From Candidatus Lindowbacteria bacterium RIFCSPLOWO2_12_FULL_62_27 (GTDB lineage Bacteria > Lindowbacteria > 2-12-FULL-62-27), in assembly GCA_001784175.1 (NCBI GenBank), contig MFPR01000020.1, positions 124,001 to 188,000 of the forward strand: a DNA stretch of 64,000 bases, read 5' to 3'. This document shows positions 42,795 through 52,702 of this stretch, one piece after another. Both the position numbers and the translations under genes were made by a program. Position 1 is the first letter of the stretch, and each line of letters opens with the position of its first letter. Under the pieces are notes generated by a model. That model was not told the DNA's origin. It was given only the letters and a program-made list of their open reading frames with translations, and made no database searches.

Positions 42795-44363
42795 CTATTT
42801 TTTCTCCAGCGTCACGTAAAACGTGTTGTTGTTTCGTAAAACGAGCAGCAGGATGGTCCGGCCCGATTTTGTATTGTCGTAGGCGTCCTTCAGATCGCTC
42901 ACGGTGTTGATCGGCCGGTTGTTGATTTCGAGAAGAATGTCGTTGGGCCGGAGGTCCACGTCGTCGGCCGGGCTGCCGCGCCGGATCATCACGACCCGCA
43001 GGCCCTGGCCGGGGTCGAGGTCCCGCTCTTCCGATTCTTCCCGCGTCATCGTCCGGACGCGGACGCCCAGTTTTTCGATGTCGCCTTCCGTTTCTTTCGT
43101 CTCCTCGCGCGTCGTCTCCGCTTTCTCCTCGCCGACGTTCGCCGGAAGCTCGGTCAGTTTCACCAGGACGCGCTGGTCCTTGCCGTCGCGGATGATATCG
43201 ATCTGGACGACATCCCCGATGTTCTTGAGCAGGATCTTTTGCTGCAAATCCCGCACGCCCATGAGCGCCGCGCCGTCCACGGATTTGATCACATCGCCGC
43301 GCCCAATCCCCGCCTTCTCCGCCGGGCTGCCCTTGTAGATCTGCGACACCAGGACACCGACCTTGGCCGGCAGATTGAAGTGCCGGGCCTTCTCCGGATC
43401 CAGTTCCTGAATCCCCACGCCCAGCCACGGCCGCTGCACCTTGCCGTGCCGCATCAGGTCCTCGGCCACGCGCTTCGCCATCTTGGACGGGATCGCAAAG
43501 CCGATGCCCATGTATCCGTACGATCGCGTGTAAATCGCGTTGTTGATCCCGATGACCTCCCCGTTCAGATTCACGAGCGGGCCGCCGGAATTTCCCGGAT
43601 TGATCGCGGCATCCGTCTGGATGAAATTCTCGAACCGGCCCGGATGGTCGAATATCCCGCCCCGGCCCAGCGCCGACACCACGCCCACCGTCACGGTGTG
43701 GTCGAATCCAAACGGGTTGCCGATCGCGATGACCCACTGGCCCGGCGCCATCTTGTCCGAATCACCGAACTTCACGGCCGGCAGCGTCTCCCGAGACGTG
43801 ATTTTTAGAACCGCCACGTCCGTCTTTTCGTCTTTCCCGATCACCTTCGCCTTGAAACTGTCCACCAGCTTGCTGGTCCGCACCTGAACGGTGATCTGGT
43901 CGGCGCCTTCAATGACATGCGCGTTGGTCAGGATGTGGCCGGCCCCATCGAGGATGATCCCGGACCCCAGGCTCGTCCGTTTCTGCGCGCTCTCCGGCAT
44001 CTCAAACTCGAAAAACCGGCGGAACATCTCGTCAAACGGCTCGCCTTGCGGATCCTCCGGATCAATGAACGGATGCCGGGACGGCCGGCGCTGCGTCTTG
44101 ATTTCTTGCTCCGTGTAGATGCTCACCACGCTCTCCGAAACCTGCCGCGCGACACGGCTGAAGGCTTCCTGGAGTTGCTCCGCAACGGCGATGCCGGTGA
44201 TGCCGGCGCTCGACGTCGCCGGCGCCGCGGGACTTTCGACCGCGGCGGCTTCCTCCGTTGTCCGGCGGAGAATATCGGCCGGCGCCGGCGCCCGACGCCA
44301 TGTGCGCGCGGCCAGGATCGCCACGACCACGGCCATCAATGCAATGAGCAGCGCTTTTTTCAT
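42795..44363 (-). CDS. degP: Do/DegQ (HtrA) serine endoprotease with two PDZ domains
   Basis: LTNAHV, TDVAVLK, TDAAINPGNSGGPL. Confidence 0.93.
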   Translation of the reverse strand: MKKALLIALMAVVVAILAARTWRRAPAPADILRRTTEEAAAVESPAAPATSSAGITGIAVAEQLQEAFSRVARQVSESVVSIYTEQEIKTQRRPSRHPFIDPEDPQGEPFDEMFRRFFEFEMPESAQKRTSLGSGIILDGAGHILTNAHVIEGADQITVQVRTSKLVDSFKAKVIGKDEKTDVAVLKITSRETLPAVKFGDSDKMAPGQWVIAIGNPFGFDHTVTVGVVSALGRGGIFDHPGRFENFIQTDAAINPGNSGGPLVNLNGEVIGINNAIYTRSYGYMGIGFAIPSKMAKRVAEDLMRHGKVQRPWLGVGIQELDPEKARHFNLPAKVGVLVSQIYKGSPAEKAGIGRGDVIKSVDGAALMGVRDLQQKILLKNIGDVVQIDIIRDGKDQRVLVKLTELPANVGEEKAETTREETKETEGDIEKLGVRVRTMTREESEERDLDPGQGLRVVMIRRGSPADDVDLRPNDILLEINNRPINTVSDLKDAYDNTKSGRTILLLVLRNNNTFYVTLEKK

Positions 44364-44406
44364 GATCCCGCTTTAACTTTTATCTCCGAACTTGTAAACT
44401 GCCTTC

Positions 44407-45465
44407 ATGCGACTGGTCCAATGGCTCGAACCCAAATCGCGGCGCCGACACGTGGGGATGCTTCGGGAGGAACAGGGCGAGGAGCGCGCAGTGAGCGCGA
44501 CGTCCATATTCCCCAAACTGAAAACCACGTTGGATGTTCTCCGTGCTCGCGAGATCGGACGCCCGCGGGGGGATGCGGATCGGGCGTTCTGGGATCGTTT
44601 CTCTCGCGCCACCCGTCGACCATGGCCCGATCTGTGGAACACGCCCTTCGACGCTTCGTCCCCCCATCTGCTCCCGCCCATCGATGTCCCCGAAAATCCC
44701 TATGCCTTCACGCTCTGGGGCGCCGGCGTGACGCATCTGCGCAGCGCCAAGGCGAGAGAAGAGGAGGCCAAGGCCGTCCGGGGCCGGCCCGCGTCGTTTT
44801 ACGATCTCATCTATCAGACGGGTCTCGCCGGCGGCAAACCCAGGAGGCTCCCGGGCGCGCGGCCCGAAATATTTTACAAGGCGGACGGCTATTATGCCGT
44901 CGGTCCCAACCAGCCGCTTCGCATCGCCCGGTCTGCCGTCCGGTGCGTGCCGGAACCTGAAATCGTTTCCTACTATGCCGCCCGGAGCGGCCGTCTGAAG
45001 ACGCATATCATATATGGAGGGGCGGCCGTCAGGCTGGGGTACACCTTGGGCAACGATTTTTCCGACCAGGGATGGGAATCCCAAAACCCGCTGTATCTGC
45101 CGCACGCCAAGACCCAAAGGGGCCTGGCCGCCATCGGCCCCATTTTCGTGACGGTCGACGATGCTCTCTTCGATTCGCGCGAAATCGCGATCCGCTGTCG
45201 CGTGTTTCGGCGCGGCGCGGTCCAGCAGGACAGCGGCGCCTTGCGGACCGGAGAAAAACACATGGCCCACAGCCTCGCCAACCTCGAGTGCCACCTCTTC
45301 GACAACCGCCCCCTGCGCCCGGCCGAAATCCGCGGCCTCTTCTGGGGCACCAGTGCCGTCTTCAAACTTCCCCTCAAATCGGGCGATCGCATCGAAATCG
45401 AAGCCTCCTCGGGACTCGGCGCGCTCCGCAACCCCGTCCTTGACTCCCGCCCGGGGATGGGATAA
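44407..45465 (+). CDS. Fumarylacetoacetate hydrolase family protein (AraD1/XylX dehydratase-like)
   Basis: RPEIFYK, PEPE, LGYTLGNDFSD, NPLYLPHAK. Confidence 0.78.
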   Translation: MRLVQWLEPKSRRRHVGMLREEQGEERAVSATSIFPKLKTTLDVLRAREIGRPRGDADRAFWDRFSRATRRPWPDLWNTPFDASSPHLLPPIDVPENPYAFTLWGAGVTHLRSAKAREEEAKAVRGRPASFYDLIYQTGLAGGKPRRLPGARPEIFYKADGYYAVGPNQPLRIARSAVRCVPEPEIVSYYAARSGRLKTHIIYGGAAVRLGYTLGNDFSDQGWESQNPLYLPHAKTQRGLAAIGPIFVTVDDALFDSREIAIRCRVFRRGAVQQDSGALRTGEKHMAHSLANLECHLFDNRPLRPAEIRGLFWGTSAVFKLPLKSGDRIEIEASSGLGALRNPVLDSRPGMG

Positions 45466-45477
45466 AGTATTTATCCA

Positions 45478-46401
45478 TTGAAAAAAGACGACCGCTACAC
45501 CCTGCTCCTCGTCCCTCAAACCGGAGGGCCTACGAGGAAAATCAGCTTCTCCGAAGGCCGCCTGCGGGTGTGGAAACGCGTGGTGGTGGGCATTGGAGCG
45601 CTCCTCTTCGCCAATGTCACTTTGTTCGTTTATCTCTACGCGATTGATCGCGGCAACATTTTGAAATATCTCTCTTTTAAATCTGAAAACGCCAGGCTCC
45701 GGACGGAACAGAAACGCGAAATGCTCGACCTCCGCGTCCGGCTGCAGAAGCTGACCGAACTCCACGAAGCGTCGCTGACCAAAATGGTCGAAATCGAGAC
45801 CATCACCGGATTTCGGGCGTTTGATCCCCAGCAGTTCCTCAACGCCATGGGCGGGCCCGAAGGCCGGGCCGTTCAGGCGGCTGCGGCGGCGACGACCGAG
45901 AGCCTGCGGCAAAAGATCGAGAACATCGACTCGGAACACAATACGCTGGACGAGCGGATGAAGAAAATTCATCTCTTCGTCCGCGCCAACGAAGAGCGCA
46001 TGCGGCATACGCCGGCCGGCTGGCCGGTCAATGGCTGGATGTCGTCCTCCTTCGGCTGGCGAAGGGACCCATGGACGCTCCGGAGCGAACATCACGACGG
46101 CCTCGACATCTCGGCCTGGTACGGAACGCCGGTACGCGCGCCGGCCGACGGCGAGGTCCGGTTCGCCGCAAGGTCCGGCGGGTATGGACAAATGGTCGTT
46201 CTTGCGCATAATTATGGGTATGAAAGTTATTTCGGGCATATGAGCCGGCTGGCCGTGCGGCCGAAACAGAAAGTGGCGCGCGGTGATGTCATCGGATATG
46301 TGGGATCCAGCGGGCGCTCGACGGGCGCCCACACCCACTACGAAATTCGGGTCAACAACCGGCCGGTCGATCCCTGGCCGTACCTTGGCCTGATGCCTTA
46401 A
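45478..46401 (+). CDS. M23 family metallopeptidase with N-terminal TM and coiled coil
   Basis: HDGLD, GYG, STGAHTHYE. Confidence 0.92.
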   Translation: MKKDDRYTLLLVPQTGGPTRKISFSEGRLRVWKRVVVGIGALLFANVTLFVYLYAIDRGNILKYLSFKSENARLRTEQKREMLDLRVRLQKLTELHEASLTKMVEIETITGFRAFDPQQFLNAMGGPEGRAVQAAAAATTESLRQKIENIDSEHNTLDERMKKIHLFVRANEERMRHTPAGWPVNGWMSSSFGWRRDPWTLRSEHHDGLDISAWYGTPVRAPADGEVRFAARSGGYGQMVVLAHNYGYESYFGHMSRLAVRPKQKVARGDVIGYVGSSGRSTGAHTHYEIRVNNRPVDPWPYLGLMP

Positions 46402-46421
46402 ACGCAAAAGGAGGAACGGAT

Positions 46422-46892
46422 ATGCTCAAAAAGTTCATGAACCAGGTGGCGGCGACGGCGCCGGCCGGCGAAACCATCGACACCGTCCTCGGCGCTTCGA
46501 CCCATGTGAAGGGCGTCCTCACGTTCGAAGGCTCCGTCCGAATCGACGGGAAATTCGACGGGGAAATATCGGCCGGGGGAACGCTTGTGATCGGGGAAGG
46601 GTCCATCGTGAACGCCAACGTTCGCGTCGCTCGCGTGGTCGTCGCCGGGCAGGTCCACGGCGATATCGCGGCCACCGAGTCTTTGGAGGTCCAGCCGACC
46701 GGCCGGATTTACGGCGACATCCAGACACCGGAACTCCAGCTCTCCCGCGGGGTGACCTTGGAAGGCAAGTGCGTCATCAATCGCAAACCCGATGGATCCC
46801 TGGCGGTGAACATCGGCGAGCCCCAGTCGCCCAGGGCCCAGGCATCCGGACGGGACGGCAACACTCTGAGAGTCGCGCAGAACGTCGGGTAA
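46422..46892 (+). CDS. Bactofilin (polymer-forming cytoskeletal protein)
   Basis: TVLGASTHVKG..VRIDGKFDGEI beta-helix repeats; usual M23-bactofilin pairing; GGAGG RBS. Confidence 0.9.
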   Translation: MLKKFMNQVAATAPAGETIDTVLGASTHVKGVLTFEGSVRIDGKFDGEISAGGTLVIGEGSIVNANVRVARVVVAGQVHGDIAATESLEVQPTGRIYGDIQTPELQLSRGVTLEGKCVINRKPDGSLAVNIGEPQSPRAQASGRDGNTLRVAQNVG

Positions 46893-46913
46893 GTTCCGGC
46901 GGCCTCTGCCTCT

Positions 46914-47597
46914 TTGTTTCTTCCGGTGCGCGGATTTTTCCTGACGTTGGAGGGACCGGAAGGCAGCGGCAAGTCCACCCAGGCCGTCAAAATCGTCGCC
47001 TATCTTCGGCGGCTCGGCCGGCGGGTCGTTCATACCCGCGAGCCCGGCGGCACGCCCCTCGGGGAATCCATACGAAAACTTCTCCTCGACCCCGCCTATC
47101 ACTCGGTCTGCCCCGAAACGGAATTTCTCCTCTACGAAGCCGTTCGCGCCCAGCATACGCGCGAGAAAATTCTCCGGCACCTGCGGGGCGGCGGCGTGGT
47201 CGTCTGCGAGCGCTATTCCGACGCTTCCCTGGCCTATCAGGGATTTGGCCGCGGCCTGAACCTTCGAACGCTCATGGCGGTCGACCGGTTCGCGACCGCC
47301 GGCCTGAAACCCTCGCTCACCCTTCTCTTCGATCTGCCTGTTGAAACGGGCCTGCGGAAGGCCGTCGCGGCCAAGAAGGAATTCGCCGCGCGCGGCGACC
47401 GCATTGAACGCGCGGGTCTCGCGTTCCACCGCCGCGTTCGACGCGGGTATCTCACCCTCGCCAAACGCTCGAAGCGCCTCCGGGTCATCCCCATCGTCCC
47501 GGCCTCCACCCCGGAGTCCACCTTCGGGATCGTCCGAAAGATATTGGACGGGTACTTGAACAAATCGGCAGCCGATGCGCGTCACGCGAAAAGGTGA
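46914..47597 (+). CDS. tmk: Thymidylate kinase
   Basis: EGPEGSGKST, TREPGGT, ERYSDASLAYQG. Confidence 0.95.
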   Translation: MFLPVRGFFLTLEGPEGSGKSTQAVKIVAYLRRLGRRVVHTREPGGTPLGESIRKLLLDPAYHSVCPETEFLLYEAVRAQHTREKILRHLRGGGVVVCERYSDASLAYQGFGRGLNLRTLMAVDRFATAGLKPSLTLLFDLPVETGLRKAVAAKKEFAARGDRIERAGLAFHRRVRRGYLTLAKRSKRLRVIPIVPASTPESTFGIVRKILDGYLNKSAADARHAKR

Positions 47598-48090
47598 AGT
47601 CGTCACGGGCGGCTCCGAGGGCCAGTCCGGCGCAGGCGCAGAGGTGGTCAGGTCCGGAAAGCCGGTCCCGATGGCCGACGTCGTCGGGCCGGCCAAGGGT
47701 CAGCCGTTCGTGGATCGCCTCTTCAGCGCCGTCCTGTCGGAAATCCACGCCGATCTCGAGACCCTCCTCGGGAGCGTCGATCGCACGGCCAAGGCGCTCG
47801 TGGCGCAGCCCAATCAGGTCAACGTCGACGCCTACAAGGAAGCCGTGTCTCATTTTCTCGCGCTCATCATCGACCAGACATCCGCCGTTCGGGAAGTTCA
47901 GGCGCTGAAGCGCGCAAAGGACGGCAAACCCAAAATGCTCCTGCGGGTGGAGATCATCAATCAGAAACTGGCGGACCTCGCGGCGGAAATCCTCCGCACA
48001 CAAAAACCGGTCATTGATCTGGTGGCCAACCGCCTGGACGAAATCAGGGGATTGCTCGTCGATCTGTATGACTGGAAGTCCCCCGGATGA
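47575..48090 (+). CDS. YaaR / DUF327 family protein
   Basis: YKEAVSHFL, INQKLADLA, LDEIRGLLVDL; between tmk and holB. Confidence 0.8.
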   Translation: MRVTRKGEVVTGGSEGQSGAGAEVVRSGKPVPMADVVGPAKGQPFVDRLFSAVLSEIHADLETLLGSVDRTAKALVAQPNQVNVDAYKEAVSHFLALIIDQTSAVREVQALKRAKDGKPKMLLRVEIINQKLADLAAEILRTQKPVIDLVANRLDEIRGLLVDLYDWKSPG

Positions 48091-49022
48091 AACCGCCGGC
48101 CGGATCAGCGCCTCCGGCGCCCCAAGTGCCGGCGTCTCCGACGCCGGCCCTCCCCGCGCGCCATCTCGCGGCGCTGGCGCGTAGCGCGCAGCCGGTCTTT
48201 CTTGTCGGCCTCAGCCACTTCGCGCGACGCGTCGCCGCCAACGCCATTCTCCAGAAGTGGATCGGCGCGGATATGGATTCGGCCGCGCCGCCTGTGGACC
48301 TCGCCCTGCTCTTGCCGGCGGCCCGGGAGGACGGCAGTCCCGGAAGGTCGATCGGCATCGACGCCGTCAAATCCTTTGTCGACCGGCTCTGCCTCACGCC
48401 CTATGCGGGGCCGCTTCGCGCCGGATTCGTCGAGCCGGCTTCGGCGCTTACCATCGAGTCACAGAACGCGCTCCTTCGGTACGTCGAAGAACCTACCGTT
48501 ACCAGCCGCATCCTCTTCTCATCCCGCCGGTCCGATGACCTCATCCCCACGCTCCTTTCCAGATGCCGCGTCGTTCGGCTGCCCGGCAGCGCCGGCGACC
48601 GGGGCGAGGCGAAGTGGATCATGAACCTTTCGGGAAGCGAAGAAACCGAAGAAACCGTTCTCAAGCTCTATGAAATTCTCGACGATGCGGAGGCCGTCGA
48701 AAAGATTCTGGAATTCCGGCTCGCGCGCAAGGCGATCGATCTGTTCGACGCCGTTTCGGCCGGCAAGCGCCCATCCGACAAATCGGTGGCGGCCTTCATG
48801 GACCGCCGGATTCCCGCGGCCGACGGGTCGGCGCTCCTGGTCGAAATCGTCCTCGCCGCTGTCTGCTCCAATCTCCGGCATCCCGAGCCCGACCGGCGCC
48901 TCCTCGACGTCGCCCGGCGCCTTCTTGTGTTGCAGGCCGAACTCCGATACAATCCAAGCCGACTGCTGGTGTTCTCGGCAGTTCAAGAATGGCTGGATGG
49001 CCTCAGCGAAGGATATGGATAG
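48087..49022 (+). CDS. holB: DNA polymerase III delta-prime subunit (divergent)
   Basis: IGIDAVK, SQNALLRYVEEP, PTLLSRC; position between tmk and ricT. Confidence 0.8.
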   Translation: MKPPAGSAPPAPQVPASPTPALPARHLAALARSAQPVFLVGLSHFARRVAANAILQKWIGADMDSAAPPVDLALLLPAAREDGSPGRSIGIDAVKSFVDRLCLTPYAGPLRAGFVEPASALTIESQNALLRYVEEPTVTSRILFSSRRSDDLIPTLLSRCRVVRLPGSAGDRGEAKWIMNLSGSEETEETVLKLYEILDDAEAVEKILEFRLARKAIDLFDAVSAGKRPSDKSVAAFMDRRIPAADGSALLVEIVLAAVCSNLRHPEPDRRLLDVARRLLVLQAELRYNPSRLLVFSAVQEWLDGLSEGYG

Positions 49023-49850
49023 ATGGCATCAGGACTGACCTGCGCACCGCCCCGGGCCGTGGCGGTACGGTTCGAGCCGGTGACGCAACCCAAATATTAT
49101 ACGTGCGCCGACCCCGATCTTCCGGCGGGAGGCCTCGTGGTCGTGCAGGAGGAGAAATGCCTCGAAAGCGGCACGGTCGTTCATCCGCTGCAGGAATTGA
49201 AGGATCCCTCCACGCTCATCTCAGGAAAAATCCTGCGCGCGGCCTCCGAAGATGACCGGCTCGTCATCGTCAAGAACAGCCTGTCGGCCCGGCAGGCGCT
49301 TGTCCAGGCGAAGGTCCAGGTCGAACGCCGGCAGCTTCCCATGGCGCTCTTTCACGCCCGATACAGCTTCGACCGCACCCGCCTGACCTTCCAGTTTACC
49401 GCCGAGGGACGGATCGATTTTCGCGAACTCCTGAAAGACCTCGCCGCGCTCTTCCGCGCGCGAATTGAACTGAGGCAGGTGGGCGCCCGGGAGGAAACGC
49501 GCGTCATCGGCGGATTCGGTCCCTGCGGCCGCCGCACCTGCTGCTCGACCTTTCTGGCCGACTTGCGGTCGATCTCGATCAAGATGGCCAAGGACCAGGG
49601 ATTGCAGCAGAATCCCAATAAAGTCACGGGACTCTGCGGCAAGCTCATGTGTTGTCTCCGGTACGAAGTCGAGTTTTACAGAAACACGCTCGCGGCCTAT
49701 CCCCCCATCGATTCGCAGGTCGTGGGGGACAATATTCGTGGAACGGTCATCCATCAGAATCCCGTCAAGGGCACGGTCACGCTCGGTGTCGCCGAGGGTC
49801 TGACGCGGGAAGTCCCGGTCGGCGCCGTTCAGGCCGTTCAAACGGCCTGA
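49023..49850 (+). CDS. ricT: PSP1-domain protein (YaaT/RicT)
   Basis: RIDFRELLKDL, RIELRQVG, GPCGRRTCC, GLCGKLMCCL. Confidence 0.9.
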   Translation: MASGLTCAPPRAVAVRFEPVTQPKYYTCADPDLPAGGLVVVQEEKCLESGTVVHPLQELKDPSTLISGKILRAASEDDRLVIVKNSLSARQALVQAKVQVERRQLPMALFHARYSFDRTRLTFQFTAEGRIDFRELLKDLAALFRARIELRQVGAREETRVIGGFGPCGRRTCCSTFLADLRSISIKMAKDQGLQQNPNKVTGLCGKLMCCLRYEVEFYRNTLAAYPPIDSQVVGDNIRGTVIHQNPVKGTVTLGVAEGLTREVPVGAVQAVQTA

Positions 49851-49867
49851 CGGGTTTCGAGTCTCCC

Positions 49868-51754
49868 ATGCCTGCCGCGCGGCCGATCCTCATCACCACG
49901 CCGATCTATTACGTCAATGACGTGCCCCACATCGGTCATGCCTACACCACCATCGCGGCGGACGTCGTCGCGCGGCATCACCGGGCGTTCGGCCGGCCCG
50001 TGTTCTTCCTCACGGGAACCGACGAGCACGGCCTCAAGGTGCAGAAGGCGGCGGAGGAGCGCGGCGTCAGTCCCAAACGGCATTGCGACGAAACGGTCGA
50101 ACGGTTCCTGAGCCTCTGGCGCGTTCTCAACATCTCCTTCGATGCCTTCATCCGCACGACCGACTCCGACCACGAGCAATTCGTCCGCGGCGCGCTCGAG
50201 GATCTTTGGAAAAAGGGCGAAATCGTGGCCCGGGATTATGTCGGGTGCTATTGCGTGCCTTGCGAGCGCTTCTGGACGGACAAGGATCTTCAGGACGGTA
50301 ATTGCCCCGATTGCCGCAGGCCGGTCGAACGGCTCTCGGAAAAAAATTATTTTTTCTTGATGAGCCGCCGGCAGGACGAACTCCGCGCAGCGATCCGGAG
50401 CGGCCGCATGTCGGTCCTGCCGGAGTCCCGGAGAAACGAGGTGCTGGGATTCCTGGAAAAACCGCTGGAGGATCTCTGCATCTCGAGACCCAAAAAACGG
50501 CTCGAATGGGGAATTCCCCTGCCCTTTGACGCCGACTACGTCACCTACGTCTGGTTTGACGCCCTGCTCAATTACGCCTCCGCGCTTGTCTACACCCCGC
50601 GCGGCCGGCCCGGCGCAACGCCGCCCGACTGGCAGACGGCCGACATCGTGCATCTGATCGGAAAAGACATCCTCACGACGCACTCGGTCTACTGGCCCTC
50701 GATGCTGCTCGGCCTCGGATGGGCATTGCCCGCGCGGATCGTCGCGCACGGATGGTGGACGGTCGAAGGCCAGAAGATGTCGAAGTCGCTTGGAAACGCG
50801 ATCGATCCAAATGTCATCACCGCAACCTACGGGGTCGACGCGTTCCGGTATTTTCTGCTCCGAGAAGTTCCTTTCGGCCAGGACGGCGATTTTTCGGCGG
50901 CGGGACTGCTCGGCCGGATCCATCACGACCTCGCCGACGAGTTCGGAAATCTGGTCGGCCGGCTGGCGGCGCTGGTCAAGCAGAAGGAGAACGGAAAGAT
51001 CGCGTTGGATGCGTTTCGGCCGGAGGCGGCCAGGCGAAAGCTGCTGGACGACGCCCGGGCGGCCACCGAATCGTTCCAATTCTCCGTCGCCCTCACGGCA
51101 TTGAGTGCGCTCTTCGCCGATCTCAACAAAAAAATAAACGACGAGCGGCCATGGGAATCCGAGGCCTCCCGGCGGCGCGAGACGCTCGCCACCGCCGCGG
51201 TGGAACTTGCGCGCGCCGTCTTCCTGCTCTCCGCCTACACGCCGGACCTCGCGAAAAGTGCGGCAGAGCGGCTGGGCTGCGCGCGCGATTTCCAGGACGC
51301 CGCGCGGCTTTTTTCGGACGACGAGGTTCGTCGCGCGGCGCCGTGGACGGTGTCGGCGGGAAAACCGCTGGTTGAAAAACTGGTTATCCCTTTATCCCCG
51401 GCAACTCTTCCTGAAGGCAAGGCTGTGATTGACTTCGCTGACTTTCAGAAAATCGAACTCAAAACCGCCAGGATCCTCACGGCCGAACGCGTTGCGGGCA
51501 GCGACAAGCTCATCCGGCTGGAGGTGGCGCTCGGGGAGGAACCTGTAATCAAACGCCAGCTCGTCGCCGGCATCGGCCGCCGGTACGCGCCGGAACAGCT
51601 TGTCGGCAAGTCCGTGATCGTGGTGGCCAACTTGAAGCCCAGAAAAATCTTCGGCGTCGAATCCAACGGCATGATCCTGGCGGCCGGAACCGAAACGGGC
51701 CTCTGCCTTCTGACGCCGGACGGCGAGATCGACCCGGGAACGCCCGTTCAGTAA
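49868..51754 (+). CDS. metG: Methionyl-tRNA synthetase with C-terminal tRNA-binding domain
   Basis: PHIGHAY, GTDEHG, KMSKS, ANLKPRKIFGVESNGM. Confidence 0.96.
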   Translation: MPAARPILITTPIYYVNDVPHIGHAYTTIAADVVARHHRAFGRPVFFLTGTDEHGLKVQKAAEERGVSPKRHCDETVERFLSLWRVLNISFDAFIRTTDSDHEQFVRGALEDLWKKGEIVARDYVGCYCVPCERFWTDKDLQDGNCPDCRRPVERLSEKNYFFLMSRRQDELRAAIRSGRMSVLPESRRNEVLGFLEKPLEDLCISRPKKRLEWGIPLPFDADYVTYVWFDALLNYASALVYTPRGRPGATPPDWQTADIVHLIGKDILTTHSVYWPSMLLGLGWALPARIVAHGWWTVEGQKMSKSLGNAIDPNVITATYGVDAFRYFLLREVPFGQDGDFSAAGLLGRIHHDLADEFGNLVGRLAALVKQKENGKIALDAFRPEAARRKLLDDARAATESFQFSVALTALSALFADLNKKINDERPWESEASRRRETLATAAVELARAVFLLSAYTPDLAKSAAERLGCARDFQDAARLFSDDEVRRAAPWTVSAGKPLVEKLVIPLSPATLPEGKAVIDFADFQKIELKTARILTAERVAGSDKLIRLEVALGEEPVIKRQLVAGIGRRYAPEQLVGKSVIVVANLKPRKIFGVESNGMILAAGTETGLCLLTPDGEIDPGTPVQ

Positions 51755-51755
51755 G

Positions 51756-52550
51756 CTGATTTACGCCGCCGACACTCACTGTCACCTCGATGATCCGGCC
51801 TTTGCGCCGGATCTGGCCGAAGTCATCCAACGGGCGGCGGAAGCCGGCGTTCGGCCGATTGTCGCGCCGGCCGAATCTCTGCCTTCCGCAAAACGCATCC
51901 TCGAAATCGCGGCGGTTCACCCCTCCGTCCTTCCCTGTGTCGGCGTTCATCCGCACAAGGCGCAGTCGTTCGATGAATCTCAAATGCCTCTCTTTGAGTC
52001 GATGGCCGCCCGCCCAGAGGTCGTCGGGATCGGGGAAATCGGCCTCGATTATTATTATGAATTCAGCCCGCCCGACACCCAGATGCGGACGCTCTCCTTT
52101 TTTCTAGAAATGGCCGCACGGCTCAACAAGCCGGCTTGCCTCCACGTGCGGGACAAGTCCGGGGAGAGTCGCGCCGTGGATGATCTTCTGGGCGCGCTCC
52201 GACCGCTGGCGGGCCGGCTCCGCGGCGTCGTCCACTGCTTTTCCGGCGGTCTCGAGGATGCCCGCCGCATCCTTGATCTGGGACTCCACCTGTCCTTCAC
52301 CGGCATCCTGACGTTCAAGAATGCGTCCGCCCTTCGCGATGTCTTCGCGCGCCTTCCTGCCGACCGGATCCTGCTCGAAACCGACGCGCCGTATCTCGCG
52401 CCCGACCCCCATCGGGGACACCGCAACGAACCCATGTTTCTCACGCGCATCTTTACCCTCTCGGCCGGCCTCCTGCGCCTCGCCGAACCCGACTGGTCCG
52501 ACCGCCTGCGGCTGAACCAGACGCAGGTGTTCGGCCGGGCCTGCGCATGA
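51756..52550 (+). CDS. tatD: TatD family deoxyribonuclease
   Basis: In-frame DTHCHLD just after the metG stop, GEIGLDY, HCFSG, ETDAPY; only CTG/ATT available as a start. Confidence 0.92.
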   Translation: MIYAADTHCHLDDPAFAPDLAEVIQRAAEAGVRPIVAPAESLPSAKRILEIAAVHPSVLPCVGVHPHKAQSFDESQMPLFESMAARPEVVGIGEIGLDYYYEFSPPDTQMRTLSFFLEMAARLNKPACLHVRDKSGESRAVDDLLGALRPLAGRLRGVVHCFSGGLEDARRILDLGLHLSFTGILTFKNASALRDVFARLPADRILLETDAPYLAPDPHRGHRNEPMFLTRIFTLSAGLLRLAEPDWSDRLRLNQTQVFGRACA

Positions 52551-52702
52551 GGAAGCGCCGCCCCTGTTAAAAAAATCCTATTGACAGGAGGCGCCCGATC
52601 AGGTTTAAGGAGGATACAGGAAGAGAGATACGGCATCCGAACATACAATGTGTTTTTTGTTTTCGGATTTTTCTCATAACTTTTGACACTGAGGGGTGTC
52701 GG

